Shown: positions 39,241-49,664 of the stretch, piece by piece
Position numbering within the stretch: position 1 is the stretch's first letter
Layout of the letters: every line of letters begins with the position of its first letter
Assembly (NCBI GenBank): GCA_003649205.1
Contig: QMRC01000002.1
Coordinates: forward strand, 128,001 to 192,000
From: Thermoprotei archaeon
GTDB lineage: Archaea; Thermoproteota; Thermoprotei; Thermoproteales; B15-G16
Direction of reading: 5' to 3'
DNA length: 64,000 bases
Position numbers and translations under genes: made by a program
The notes under the pieces: model-generated
Databases searched by the model: none
What the model saw: only the letters and a program-made list of their open reading frames with translations
What the model was told of the DNA's origin: nothing

Positions 39241-40561
39241 GAAGGTTGTTGCGGATTTACTCAAGCTACTGAGTACAGCTGATAGACTAGAGTTCGAAGA
39301 CGTTGTGATTGATGCTAGGGAGCTAACTATCGAGTTCATACCCCCATCAGCTCCAACAGGTCCAACGTACCTGAAGCTAACCGTTGAGCCGGTTGGTGTA
39401 CCACAGCCACCAGGTGGTAAGCTAGAGTTCATCCTTGAGGTAACTCCAACAGGCTTTAGATTACTCACACCACCAGTACCTGGTGCTGTACCTATTACAG
39501 TACCGCCCATAGCTGCTGTCCCTAAGCTTGTTGAGTTTATTAAGGTGGAGTACAAGTACCCAAGTCTTGAGTTCAAGGGGTCAATTGCCGAGGTCAAGAT
39601 AGGTGCTACGAAAGCTGAAGGTGGTACGAGATCTACAGTTATTAAGATTGGTGGTGACAATAAGCCCCCTATCTTCAGGTTCCTAGGTTACGTAGTTAAT
39701 AGACCGAAGGTAGCACTAGACGTATTCGATACAACTATCCCACTACCTAGAGCTGTGAGAGATGCGTACGGTGATGTTCTCTCAAATCCCTATGAGTGGG
39801 CAAAGAAGTGTATCAACGTGGTTAAGGCAGATCTAATATCGTTTCACCTAGTCAGTACTGACCCCGGTATCAAAGATGTATCACCACAAGAAGCAGCTAA
39901 AGAGGTTGAGCAGATGCTCCAGACAATAGACATTCCATTCATTGTCGGTGGTTGTGGTAATCCAGTTAAGGACCTAGAGACCTTCGCGAAGGTAGCTGAG
40001 GTAGCTGCTAACGAGAGACTCGTACTGGCATCAGTTACCTTCGGTATGAATATACCTAAGTACGTTGAGGTTGTTAAGAAGTTCAATCACGTAGCACTAG
40101 CCCTCATATTCATGGATGTGACTCAGGCTAAAGCCATATGTCGTAGGTTGATGGATCTAGGTCTCAGCAAGGATAGGATAATTCTCGACCCGACAACGGC
40201 TGCATTAGGGTATGGTACAGAGTACTCCTTTAGTGCAGCTGAGAGAATTAGGTTAGCTGCTCTTAGAGGTGACGAGGATCTACAGGTACCAATGAGCTGT
40301 GCCGCGACAAATGCTTGGGCTGCTAGAGAGGCGTGGATGAAGCTAGATGCGTGGGGTCCAAGGGAGTGGAGAGGTCCTCTCTGGGAAGCTGTTACAGCTA
40401 TGACGATGTTGCTTGCTGGTGCGGATCTCTTCATGATGATGCATCCACTAGCAGCGTCCATAGTTAAGTCTGTTACTGAGTTCATGGAGAAGCAGACGGT
40501 TAGGGATGTTATTGAGAAGGAGGTTTCTGAGTACTATAGCTGGGTGACTAAGAGGTATTGA
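39176..40561 (+). CDS. cdhD: corrinoid Fe-S protein small subunit (ACDS delta); start probably near 39191
   Basis: IGATKAEGGTR, HLVSTDP, DPTTAALGYG, TNAWAAREAW, RGPLWE, MMMHP. Confidence 0.95.
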   Translation: MRGVVVSQERRVREERREAEARKVVADLLKLLSTADRLEFEDVVIDARELTIEFIPPSAPTGPTYLKLTVEPVGVPQPPGGKLEFILEVTPTGFRLLTPPVPGAVPITVPPIAAVPKLVEFIKVEYKYPSLEFKGSIAEVKIGATKAEGGTRSTVIKIGGDNKPPIFRFLGYVVNRPKVALDVFDTTIPLPRAVRDAYGDVLSNPYEWAKKCINVVKADLISFHLVSTDPGIKDVSPQEAAKEVEQMLQTIDIPFIVGGCGNPVKDLETFAKVAEVAANERLVLASVTFGMNIPKYVEVVKKFNHVALALIFMDVTQAKAICRRLMDLGLSKDRIILDPTTAALGYGTEYSFSAAERIRLAALRGDEDLQVPMSCAATNAWAAREAWMKLDAWGPREWRGPLWEAVTAMTMLLAGADLFMMMHPLAASIVKSVTEFMEKQTVRDVIEKEVSEYYSWVTKRY

Positions 40562-40577
40562 GAGGAGGTGACCTTAC

Positions 40578-42008
40578 GTGCCTAGGAGGATTAAGCCTCT
40601 TGATGTCTATAGGTTACTTCCGAAGCTAAATTGCGGTAAGTGTGGTGAACCGACGTGCATGGTCTTTGCTACTAAGCTGATTGAGCGACAGACTACACTC
40701 GATAAGTGTAGGCCTCTCTTCGAGGATCCTAGATTTAGGGAGAACTTGAGGAAGTTAATGGAGTTGTTGAGGCCTCCTGTTAAGGAGGTTACCATAGGTG
40801 TTGAACCTAATGCTGTTAAGGTCGGTGGCAAGGACGTTGTGTATAGGCATGAATGGACTTGGAGGAATCCAACAGCTATAGCTCTCGATGTTCACGATGG
40901 GATGGGTGATGAAGAGGTTGAGAGGAGGATTAAGTTTGTTAATGAGTGGTTCTATGAGAGGATTGAGAAGAGACTCGGTATTGACTTACTTGCTGTTAGG
41001 TGTGTCTCTGGTAGTGCTGAGCGATTTGTGAAGTTTGTCGAGAAGGTATGTAAGTTAACTAGTAAACCGTTGATCGTGTGTACTCTTGATCCAGCTACTC
41101 TCGAGGAAGTATTGAAGAGGATTGGTTCTCGAAGACCTCTAATCTATGCTGCTACTGAGAGAAATTGGAGGGAGTTCGCTGATCTAGCTGTTAAGTGGTC
41201 TTGTCCTTTGGTTGTTTCAGCTCCTAACGACCTATCTAAGTTGAAGAGCTTAGTGGTCTCGATAGTGAAGAACTTTGGTTATGAGGAGCTGGTACTGGAT
41301 CCAGGTACCTTGGTTAGTAATGGTGGTTTCCTAGATACGATATCGAACTTTACGGCTCTCAGGTACTCAGCTATTGAGTTTGGTGAGAGGGAAGTAGGTT
41401 TTCCACTCATGGCTATACCAGCTACTGTCTGGATCTTCGAGAGTGGTGGTACTGAGGAGCTGGAGTTTAGGGAAGCAATTATAGCGTGTTCGTTAGTAGC
41501 TAGGTACGCGGATATTCTAGTAATGCATAGCTTAAGCCCATGGGTCTACATGGCTGTTCTCTGTCTGAGGGACTGCCTGTACACTGATCCACGAGTTCCA
41601 CCATCAGTTAAACCTGGACTGTACGAGGTGGGTAAACCAACACCTGAATCTCCTCTCGTAGTTACCTGTAACTATGCACTCACAGTATCCCTAGTGAGAG
41701 GAGATCTTGAGAAGAGTGGTATCGATGCTTGGCTACTGGTGATAGATACTGAGGGTACCTCTGTAGCATCAGCTGTTGCTGGTAAGAGATTCACAGCGGA
41801 TAAGATAGCTGAGGCGGTTAAGGAGCTTAAGTTAGAGGAGAAGGTCAAGCACAGGTCGCTGGTGATACCTGGCTACGCAGCTAAGATAGCTGGTGAACTA
41901 GAGGATCTACTACCAGGGTGGAGGGTCTTCGTAGGTCCTAGAGAGAGTAGTGATCTACCTAAGTTCATTAGGGAGATTTGGAGTAAGGAGGTCCTGGGTA
42001 AGGCGTAG
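40578..42008 (+). CDS. cdhE: corrinoid Fe-S protein large subunit (ACDS gamma)
   Basis: LPKLNCGKCGEPTCMVFA, YTDPRVP, NYALT, VGPRES. Confidence 0.97.
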   Translation: MPRRIKPLDVYRLLPKLNCGKCGEPTCMVFATKLIERQTTLDKCRPLFEDPRFRENLRKLMELLRPPVKEVTIGVEPNAVKVGGKDVVYRHEWTWRNPTAIALDVHDGMGDEEVERRIKFVNEWFYERIEKRLGIDLLAVRCVSGSAERFVKFVEKVCKLTSKPLIVCTLDPATLEEVLKRIGSRRPLIYAATERNWREFADLAVKWSCPLVVSAPNDLSKLKSLVVSIVKNFGYEELVLDPGTLVSNGGFLDTISNFTALRYSAIEFGEREVGFPLMAIPATVWIFESGGTEELEFREAIIACSLVARYADILVMHSLSPWVYMAVLCLRDCLYTDPRVPPSVKPGLYEVGKPTPESPLVVTCNYALTVSLVRGDLEKSGIDAWLLVIDTEGTSVASAVAGKRFTADKIAEAVKELKLEEKVKHRSLVIPGYAAKIAGELEDLLPGWRVFVGPRESSDLPKFIREIWSKEVLGKA

Positions 42009-42010
42009 GC

Positions 42011-42787
42011 ATGAGTATACTGATTGCTGTAAGCGGTAAGGGTGGTGTAGGGAAGACCGTCATCACAGCACTCATGCTAAAGGCAATTACTGAGGAAGGT
42101 ATTGAGGATAGGGCTATCCTAGTGATTGATGCTGATCCGGATGCTAATCTAGCAGACGTACTTGGCATACCACTTGATGTAAAGAAAACTCTTGGTTACG
42201 TAGCTACTGAGTTCAAGAAGGAGCTAGAGAAAGCCTCTATATCCGAGGTCGATAAAGCTACAGTACTTCAGACACGAGTACTTGAGGTAGTTCAGGAACT
42301 ACCTAAATTCGACTTCCTCGTTATGTGGAGAACTGAAGGTGAGGGCTGTTATTGCTTTGTTAACGCAGTTCTCTCCAATGTTCTTGAGTGGTTAATGGAT
42401 CAGTACGACATAATCCTAGCTGATTGTGAAGCAGGGTTAGAGCACTTCAATAGACGAGTTTTCAAAGCAATAGACTACTTAGTACTGGTTACTGATCAGA
42501 GTAAAGCGAGCTTCGATACTGTTAAGAGAGTTCTAGATGTTGTTCATGAAGTGGGTATAAGGGTTAGGAATGTGGGTATCGTAGTCAATAAGTTCAGAGA
42601 ACACTATAGAGAACGAGTTACGAAACTTGCTAGTGAAATTGGAGTAGAGATTTGGGGATTCGTACCATATAGTGAGGCCATTGAGGAATTTATGTCTGAA
42701 GCTAGATCACTGATGGAGTTACCGAGAGATGAAGCTGCTTATGTAGCTGTGAAGGAGGTACTCAAGAAAAAAATAGGTATTTTGTAG
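42011..42787 (+). CDS. cooC: CooC/AcsF nickel-insertion ATPase
   Basis: GKGGVGKT, DADP, GEGCYC, DCEAGLEH. Confidence 0.92.
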   Translation: MSILIAVSGKGGVGKTVITALMLKAITEEGIEDRAILVIDADPDANLADVLGIPLDVKKTLGYVATEFKKELEKASISEVDKATVLQTRVLEVVQELPKFDFLVMWRTEGEGCYCFVNAVLSNVLEWLMDQYDIILADCEAGLEHFNRRVFKAIDYLVLVTDQSKASFDTVKRVLDVVHEVGIRVRNVGIVVNKFREHYRERVTKLASEIGVEIWGFVPYSEAIEEFMSEARSLMELPRDEAAYVAVKEVLKKKIGIL

Positions 42788-42796
42788 GTTCCCGTT

Positions 42797-43795
42797 CTAG
42801 CTCCTTAACTTCTTGACTATTTCACCGATTAGTGCAAGAGCTTCTTTCTTCTTCGGACCTAGTGGTGATCCCATTACAATGTGAGTTATTCCAGCCTTGA
42901 TTAACTCTCTAAGTTTCTCAATGCACTCATCTGGTGAGCCTGAAATTGAGAAGTAGTCTAGCATTAAGTCATCTACGTTCTCAGCAGCTTTCTTGAAGTC
43001 TCCCTTAGCTAGTGCTTCTCTGATAGTGCTTACCTTACCTAGATCTATTCCTCGTTCCTTCAGTAATGTATCTGGTGCTCCTGCAACTATGAACGCTACT
43101 ACTAGTCTAGCTGCATCCTTTGCCTTCTTTGAATCTGGTGCTACTGAGAAGCAGGTATACGCTACAATGTCTATCTTGCTGAAGTCCTTTCCAGCTGCTT
43201 CAGCACCCTTCTTAATTAGTGGTATTGCCTTCTCGAAGTCCTTGGGGTGTGATGCGTTTATCAGTACTCCATCACCTAGTTGACCAGCTAGCTGAAGCAT
43301 CTTAGGTGCTTGGGCACCTATGTAAATTGGTATTGCTCTACTTGGCTTGAAGTTTAGTCTTGCTCCCTTAAGCTTGAAGAACTCACCTTCGAAGTTAACT
43401 ACTTCACCAGCAAGTAATCTCCTAATGACTGTCACAGCTTCTCTAACAGCTGTTAGTGGTTTCTTCCTCTCAATACCAATAGCTTCGAGTGTTGCCTTAT
43501 CACCTGAACCTATACCGAGAATAGCTCTTCCACCACTAACCTCATCTAGTGTAGCTACTGCAGCAGCTGTCCAAGCTGGGTGAATAACATATGGGTTTGT
43601 AACACCTACACCTAGAGTTATTTTACTTGTCTTGATAGCCATCATGGTTAATGCGATGTAGACAGTACGGTTGCAGTAGTGATCTGTTACCCATATACTA
43701 TCTAGGCCATTCTGCTCGGCAATGATTGCATACTCGACTAATGTTGAAATAGCTCTATCAGGAACCAGCTCTATACCGAACTTCAAGTTAACCAC
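42797..43795 (-). CDS. mer: F420-dependent methylene-H4MPT reductase
   Basis: KFGIELVP, WVTDHY, GVTNPY, IYIGAQAPKML, DGVLINASHPKD, GSPLGP. Confidence 0.88.
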   Translation of the reverse strand: MVNLKFGIELVPDRAISTLVEYAIIAEQNGLDSIWVTDHYCNRTVYIALTMMAIKTSKITLGVGVTNPYVIHPAWTAAAVATLDEVSGGRAILGIGSGDKATLEAIGIERKKPLTAVREAVTVIRRLLAGEVVNFEGEFFKLKGARLNFKPSRAIPIYIGAQAPKMLQLAGQLGDGVLINASHPKDFEKAIPLIKKGAEAAGKDFSKIDIVAYTCFSVAPDSKKAKDAARLVVAFIVAGAPDTLLKERGIDLGKVSTIREALAKGDFKKAAENVDDLMLDYFSISGSPDECIEKLRELIKAGITHIVMGSPLGPKKKEALALIGEIVKKLRS

Positions 43796-44087
43796 ACAGT
43801 ATCCCCACCTATGGGGGTCCAGACTTATTGAAGAGAGAAATACATTGTTATTAAAAATTACGATGTAGCGAATTTACTTAATTGCTAGTGCTAGTGGTAA
43901 TCAATGGTTGGTTTGATTTGGTGTGATTAATTGCTTTTAGTAACTGATGGGTTTGCTTGAGCTACTATAATTGGTAATTTTCCTCTCGTGTATCTGCTTC
44001 AAGTCAAGTACTTATACTTCTGAAGCTGTTTCTGGTTGAGGGTTAAGTACATTAGGTAACGAAGTCCATACCTAGCTACTGTAGTCT

Positions 44088-44870
44088 TTGGTGATCTCCA
44101 TGGGTGAAGTACCTAAGGTAGAGATAATTGGGTTACTCGACTTTCCCGATGTTAAGCCAGGTGATGACCTTGGAAAGCTAATTGTCGAGGTTGCTAGGAG
44201 AAACGGTATTGAGTTCATGGATGGTGATGTAATTGTTATCGCTCAGAAGATTGTCTCTAAGTCCGAGGGTAGAATAGTTGATCTGCAGACCGTTAAACCG
44301 TCTGAGTATGCAGTGAAGTTGGGTGAGGAACTAGGTAAGGACCCTAGATTAGTTGAGGTGGTGCTTAGGGAATCTCATGAGGTTTTGAAGGCTGAGGCAG
44401 GGCACTTGATCTCGCTGACAAGACATGGATTCGTATGTGCTAATGCTGGTGTTGATCTATCTAATGTAGATGGTAGTGGGTTAAGAGTAACGTTACTACC
44501 TGTAAATCCGGATGAGTCAGCTAGGAGAATTAGGGAGAGAATTAAGGAGTTGACTGGTAGGGATGTTGCTGTTGTCATAACAGATACCTTCGGTAGACCA
44601 TTTCGTGAAGGTGTTGTGAATTTTGCAATAGGTATATCCGGTATCCATCCATTTCGTGACTACATAGGTAAGGTAGATAGGTACGGATACGTAATGAGAG
44701 TGACTAAGGTCTGCATCGTTGATGAGGTAGCTGCAGCGGCGGAGCTAGTTATGGGACAAGGTGCTGAGGGTATTCCAGTTGTAGTAATTAGAGGGCTCAG
44801 GTACGAGAGAAGGGATGACGCAAGTATTCAGGAAGTTGTTATGCGTAAGGAGAAGTGGTTATTCAGGTAA
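44088..44870 (+). CDS. cofE: coenzyme F420-0:L-glutamate ligase
   Basis: KIVSKSEG, CANAGVDLSN, ITDTFGRPFR, DEVAAAAELVMG. Confidence 0.95.
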   Translation: MVISMGEVPKVEIIGLLDFPDVKPGDDLGKLIVEVARRNGIEFMDGDVIVIAQKIVSKSEGRIVDLQTVKPSEYAVKLGEELGKDPRLVEVVLRESHEVLKAEAGHLISLTRHGFVCANAGVDLSNVDGSGLRVTLLPVNPDESARRIRERIKELTGRDVAVVITDTFGRPFREGVVNFAIGISGIHPFRDYIGKVDRYGYVMRVTKVCIVDEVAAAAELVMGQGAEGIPVVVIRGLRYERRDDASIQEVVMRKEKWLFR

Positions 44871-44921
44871 TCAGCTCGTCGCGAGCTCGATCACTGCTCA
44901 CGCTGGGACGGCTTCATCACC
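44871..44921 (-). ncRNA. box C/D sRNA candidate
   Basis: GTGATGA-AGCCGTCCCAGC-GTGA-GCA-GTGATCGA-GCTCGCGACGAG-CTGA. Confidence 0.7.
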
Positions 44922-45032
44922 AAAACCTCATAGAGATACGTAGGTATATATTCCTTACCTTAGTGTTGACAGAAAAGGGGTAAACGCTTATAAAGGGCAT
45001 GTAGTCCTATTCTACGGCACCAACCACCTTGG

Positions 45033-46442
45033 GTGATGTTAATGAGTAGCAAATCCGCAGAGAAGAGTCCTATCTACTACCTCTTCAACCCTCGTAGCAT
45101 TGCCGTGATAGGTGCTTCTCGTGATCCCAAGAAGATAGGTTATCAGATTCTCAAGAACATCATTGAGTATGGATTTAAGGGAAAGGTCTATCCAGTCAAC
45201 CCGAAAGCTGATGAGATTCTCGGACTAAAGTGCTACAAATCCATTCTCGATATACCTGATGAAGTTGATGTCGCTGTCATATCGATACCTGCTCAGTACG
45301 TATTACCTGTTGTTGAGGAATGTGGTAAGAAAGGTGTTAAGGCTCTAATAGTGATATCCTCTGGCTTTGGTGAGGTAGGTAATGTCGAGCTTGAGAGAAA
45401 GCTAGTTGAGACAGCTAGGAAGTACGGAATGAGGATACTTGGACCCAATATCTTCGGTCTCTACTACGGACCTGCTAGGTTGAACGCAACCTTTGGTCCT
45501 AAGGAGGTTATTCCAGGTAACATAGCATTTGTCTCACAGAGTGGTGCTCTAGGTATAGCACTCATGGGGTGGACCATTGCAAAGGGCGTAGCTCTCTCAG
45601 CTGTTGTCAGCATGGGTAACAAGGCAGATATAGATGATGCAGATGTCCTTGAGTACTTCGAAACTGATCCTAACACCAAGGTCATACTCATATACATGGA
45701 GGGTATTAGACCAGGTCTCGGTAGGAGGTTTGTTGAAGTGGCTAGGAGAGTATCTAAGAAGAAGCCAATCATAGTTATCAAGGCTGGTAGAACAGAGAGA
45801 GGTGCTGCTGCAGCAGCGTCGCACACTGGTGCGCTTGCAGGAGCAGATGCAATATACAATGCGGCATTTAAGCAAGCAGGTGTGCTCAGAGCGATAGGTT
45901 TTGAAGAAGCATTTGATTGGGCTAAAGCACTGAGCATGCTACCACCACCTAAGGGTGAGAACGCAGTAATCATAACGAATGGTGGTGGTGCTGGGGTAAT
46001 GGCTACTGATGCAGCTGTTGAGTGCGGTATTCGATTAATGGAGATGCCACCAGATCTACAGGAGAGGTTCAGGAAGTACATGCCACCATTCGGGAGCCCG
46101 AAGAACCCAATAGACTTGACAGGTCAAGCAAGTGAAGAGGCGTACAAAGGTGCTCTCCTAGAAGCATTCAATGAACCTAGAATTCACTCCATAATACTAC
46201 TGTACTGTCAGACAGCAATTACAGATCCAGAGGTGCTTGCTGATAAGATAATTGAGGCTTGGAATGAAGCTAAGGAGAGAAAGCCTATGGTAGTCTCATT
46301 CATTGGTGGAATTGAGTGTGATAGAGCTATGGCGAAACTAGATAAGGCTGGTATCCCAGCATACCCATCTCCAGAGAGAGCTGTTAGTGCTCTCAGTGCT
46401 GTCTATAAGTGGGCTAGATGGGCAGGTTACGTGAAGGAGTAA
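45033..46442 (+). CDS. acdA: ADP-forming acetyl-CoA synthetase alpha subunit
   Basis: IAVIGAS, YPVNP, ILGPN, SQSGA, SHTGALAG, NPIDLTG. Confidence 0.95.
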   Translation: MMLMSSKSAEKSPIYYLFNPRSIAVIGASRDPKKIGYQILKNIIEYGFKGKVYPVNPKADEILGLKCYKSILDIPDEVDVAVISIPAQYVLPVVEECGKKGVKALIVISSGFGEVGNVELERKLVETARKYGMRILGPNIFGLYYGPARLNATFGPKEVIPGNIAFVSQSGALGIALMGWTIAKGVALSAVVSMGNKADIDDADVLEYFETDPNTKVILIYMEGIRPGLGRRFVEVARRVSKKKPIIVIKAGRTERGAAAAASHTGALAGADAIYNAAFKQAGVLRAIGFEEAFDWAKALSMLPPPKGENAVIITNGGGAGVMATDAAVECGIRLMEMPPDLQERFRKYMPPFGSPKNPIDLTGQASEEAYKGALLEAFNEPRIHSIILLYCQTAITDPEVLADKIIEAWNEAKERKPMVVSFIGGIECDRAMAKLDKAGIPAYPSPERAVSALSAVYKWARWAGYVKE

Positions 46443-46495
46443 GCAGTTCCCCTTTCTCTCTCACCACTCCCCCTTTAGATCTGGGTACTAGCTAG

Positions 46496-46546
46496 GTGAT
46501 GAGTGCGGACCCCACATGATAGATGATTGCCCCTCAGCACAACTGA
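46496..46546 (+). ncRNA. box C/D sRNA candidate
   Basis: GTGATGA-GTGCGGACCCCAC-ATGA-TAG-ATGATT-GCCCCTCAGCACAA-CTGA. Confidence 0.7.
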
Positions 46547-46548
46547 TG

Positions 46549-47883
46549 CTACACCTTAGTAACCTCTAGACTTAAAGTCCCACACCTCACCTCAGCTACT
46601 ACACTAAACTTCTTATTAGCTTCATTAAATCCAGGTTCAACGTAATAACCACATACACCACTAGGTCCTCTAACAATACACGTACCTATCTCGACATGGG
46701 GTTTAATGCATACCTTAACCTCCTCTGGGATCTTTAAACTAGCTCTGGTAGTACCTGTACCCACCCTCAGCTTAACCTCACTTTCATTAACAACACTTGA
46801 GTAGGTTGCATTAACTACTAGCGTACCTGTCTCAATCTGTGTACTCAAGTCCTCAATACAAATACCGGATCCATGGATTGCTACGGCACCTGTATCAACA
46901 TCTACCTCCAACTTACTTAGCCTAGCACCATTGATAGAGAGCTTCACGGATCCAGAACGTACCTTCGTCTTCAAGTTCCTCAATTTCTCAATAGGTAGCT
47001 CAAGATGTGCCTCACCTACATCACACACCAAGCTCAGTACCCTGCCCTCTGTAGTGAGTTCAATACTAGGCTCCTTCCCCTTCTCACACCATACAACAAC
47101 TCTACCACTACCTGGCTTGAGCACTATGGAACCAGACCCAACCTCAACAGTGACATCGGCTTCATGTCTCAGCTCAACACTACGATCAAGAACCTTCTCC
47201 CTCATGCCTAAACCAATCCAACCAAGGGATAGCGACTTAAGTGCTGAAGATAGTGCAGTACCTACACTACGAAGTACTGAGGACAGCGCAGTACTCATAG
47301 GCTTAGTAAGACCACAGATAAGCCCTAGAAATCTACCCTCGTCCTCAGTTGATATCGATAACACATCACGGCACTTAAGTAAGGCTAGCTCTCTCAGGTG
47401 TTTCGGTACTCTCAGAGAGACTACATCCTCTATCCTCTCAATAACGGTATCAAATAACTCAGCATCCACATCATCATCCACGGTGACAGATATAGCATCA
47501 CGAATTATTGCTTTTTGTCCTCTCTCCCTCAACCTAGCCAATAACTCCTTAGTTACGTGTATGGAAATAGCATCTCTGAACACAAAAAGCTCAGTGGCTT
47601 TAGCCTTCTCATCCTCACCACTGTACAGGTTCTTGAGTATGCGATATACCTTCCAACCTAACTGACTTAACCTATAGAGCCCCTTCTCATCCTTCTCGAT
47701 TAAACCCTGTAGTGATCTTAGGTGAAATGCGAAGTGGCCTGAATCCCCTACACCAACACATTTCATCAACTCAACGTACGGTAAGGGACCTCTCTCACCA
47801 AGTACAAGAACTACCCTCCTCCTAACCTCATGACTTAAAGCCTTGAAGATCCTATTCAGTTCCTCCTCACTAACTTCAACCAC
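46549..47883 (-). CDS. ArsR-type wHTH fused to beta-repeat (DUF4097-like) domain
   Basis: IFKALSHEVRRRV..FAFHLRSL..YRLS; repeated V.TG/V.SG strands. Confidence 0.75.
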   Translation of the reverse strand: MVEVSEEELNRIFKALSHEVRRRVVLVLGERGPLPYVELMKCVGVGDSGHFAFHLRSLQGLIEKDEKGLYRLSQLGWKVYRILKNLYSGEDEKAKATELFVFRDAISIHVTKELLARLRERGQKAIIRDAISVTVDDDVDAELFDTVIERIEDVVSLRVPKHLRELALLKCRDVLSISTEDEGRFLGLICGLTKPMSTALSSVLRSVGTALSSALKSLSLGWIGLGMREKVLDRSVELRHEADVTVEVGSGSIVLKPGSGRVVVWCEKGKEPSIELTTEGRVLSLVCDVGEAHLELPIEKLRNLKTKVRSGSVKLSINGARLSKLEVDVDTGAVAIHGSGICIEDLSTQIETGTLVVNATYSSVVNESEVKLRVGTGTTRASLKIPEEVKVCIKPHVEIGTCIVRGPSGVCGYYVEPGFNEANKKFSVVAEVRCGTLSLEVTKV

Positions 47884-47972
47884 CCCTCCTCCCTCACGAT
47901 ATAGAAGGGACTACACAGTAATGTACTAATCCACTTAACTCAACACAACCTATGTGTAGAGAGTACTTCACT

Positions 47973-48443
47973 TCATGGAGAAACGCCTAGGTACCTCAGT
48001 ACCTGTGGTATAGCATCTCTAACCCTCATACCGTATAGCGTTACTGGCCTAATACCAAATTGCTGAAGCCAAGATACTACACCTTGACCGAAGTTACCTG
48101 CGACCACAGCTCTAGCACCTGTAGATGCAACCCACTGAGCTATAGCATAGCCGAAACCTCCACCCATACCCCCACCCATGCCTCTACCCATACCACGTCC
48201 TCTACACCATCCACCACCGCCACCACCTCTAGCAAAAGTATTTGGAAATACATCTACTCTGATCACAGTACCGTCAGGAGCTACATCGACGATGGTGAAG
48301 GTGCTGGCTCTAGCGAAGCCAGGTGATATCACATCATCGAGACCTCCTGTACCAAGGGTTGCAAATACTATCCTTACTACACCACCGATCTGTGATCCAG
48401 AACTACTTGGAGGGTACATACTGTACACCTCGCTAGAGTACAA
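47973..48443 (-). CDS. NifB/NifX-family (FeMo-cofactor-binding-like) protein
   Basis: ISPGFARASTFTIVDV, Gly-rich insert, VVAGNFG. Confidence 0.8.
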   Translation of the reverse strand: MYSSEVYSMYPPSSSGSQIGGVVRIVFATLGTGGLDDVISPGFARASTFTIVDVAPDGTVIRVDVFPNTFARGGGGGGWCRGRGMGRGMGGGMGGGFGYAIAQWVASTGARAVVAGNFGQGVVSWLQQFGIRPVTLYGMRVRDAIPQVLRYLGVSP

Positions 48444-48578
48444 AAGTAGCGACGAAGCTTATAATTTAAGCATTCTCGATGTAGCGGATCAACAGTTAAA
48501 GGAAGGAGTCTTCATTAGTGTTGAACGTTATGGTCGTATTCCCATCAAACTAACTTAAAGTTCAGTGCATAAGGGGGT

Positions 48579-49664
48579 GTGGGGGTTTCTATGCGTATTA
48601 GAGATATTAGGACTAGAGTTCTTGAGCTGAAGCTTAGATCAGTGTTCAGAACTGCTCTTGGTGAGGAAGAGCTGGCGAAGTCTGTGTTGGTTTTTGTTGA
48701 GACTGGTGATGGTGCTGTTGGTATCGGTGAGGCGTCCCCAGCACCTAGGGTAACTGGTGAAGATGTATCTACTGTAGTTGAAGTTATTGAGAAGGTGCTT
48801 AAGCCGAGAGTTGTTGGGCTTGAGGTTGAGGAGTTTAGAAGGATTTGGTTGACTATGGAGAGGTGTATTGAGGGTAATTACTCGGCTAAGGCGGGTATCG
48901 ACATAGCTGTTCACGATCTTCTGGGTAAGGTTCTCGGTAGACCGCTCTGGAGATTACTCGGTGGTTTAGTGAGTGAGCTTGAGACTGACATAACGGTTAG
49001 TCTCGATAGGCCTGAGGTGATGGCTGAGGAGGCTAGGGTTGCTGTTGAGAAGGGGTTTAGGGTTTTGAAGTTGAAGTTGGGTCTTGATCCTAAGCTCGAT
49101 GTTGAGCGTGTTAGAGCTGTGAGGGATGCTGTCGGTTATGACGTTAGGTTGAGGGTTGATGCTAATCAGGGTTGGTCACCTAAGCAAGCTGTCTGGGTTC
49201 TCAGTAGGATTGAGAGGTTTGAGATTGAGTGTGTTGAGCAGCCAGTACCTGAGTGGTGTATTGACGGTCTTAAGTACGTTAGGGAGAGAGTTGAGGTTCC
49301 TGTAATTGCTGATGAGAGTGCTAAGACCGTACGTGACGTAGCTCACTTAGCTAAGCTTGAAGCCGTGGACGGTGTGAATGTGAAGCTAATGAAGTGTGGT
49401 GGTATCACACCAGCACTTGACATAGTTTCCGTAGCTAGATCTCACGACTTAATGCTGATGTTTGGCTGTATGCTAGAGACGAGGGTCTCGATCACTGCTG
49501 CAGCATCAGTAGCTTCCTATGCGCAGCCTGAATTTATCGACTTAGATGCACCACTCAGTATAGTGCATGAACCAATTAAGGGAGGAGTAGAGTACGTAGG
49601 ACCTAGGATGAAATTACCACTAGGTCCTGGTCTAGGTGTAGAGGTCATAGAGTGGGATCTATAG
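48579..49664 (+). CDS. dipeptide epimerase / N-acyl amino acid racemase (enolase superfamily)
   Basis: GIGEA, KLKLG, VDANQGW, EQP, ADES, KLMKCGG, DLD. Confidence 0.9.
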   Translation: MGVSMRIRDIRTRVLELKLRSVFRTALGEEELAKSVLVFVETGDGAVGIGEASPAPRVTGEDVSTVVEVIEKVLKPRVVGLEVEEFRRIWLTMERCIEGNYSAKAGIDIAVHDLLGKVLGRPLWRLLGGLVSELETDITVSLDRPEVMAEEARVAVEKGFRVLKLKLGLDPKLDVERVRAVRDAVGYDVRLRVDANQGWSPKQAVWVLSRIERFEIECVEQPVPEWCIDGLKYVRERVEVPVIADESAKTVRDVAHLAKLEAVDGVNVKLMKCGGITPALDIVSVARSHDLMLMFGCMLETRVSITAAASVASYAQPEFIDLDAPLSIVHEPIKGGVEYVGPRMKLPLGPGLGVEVIEWDL

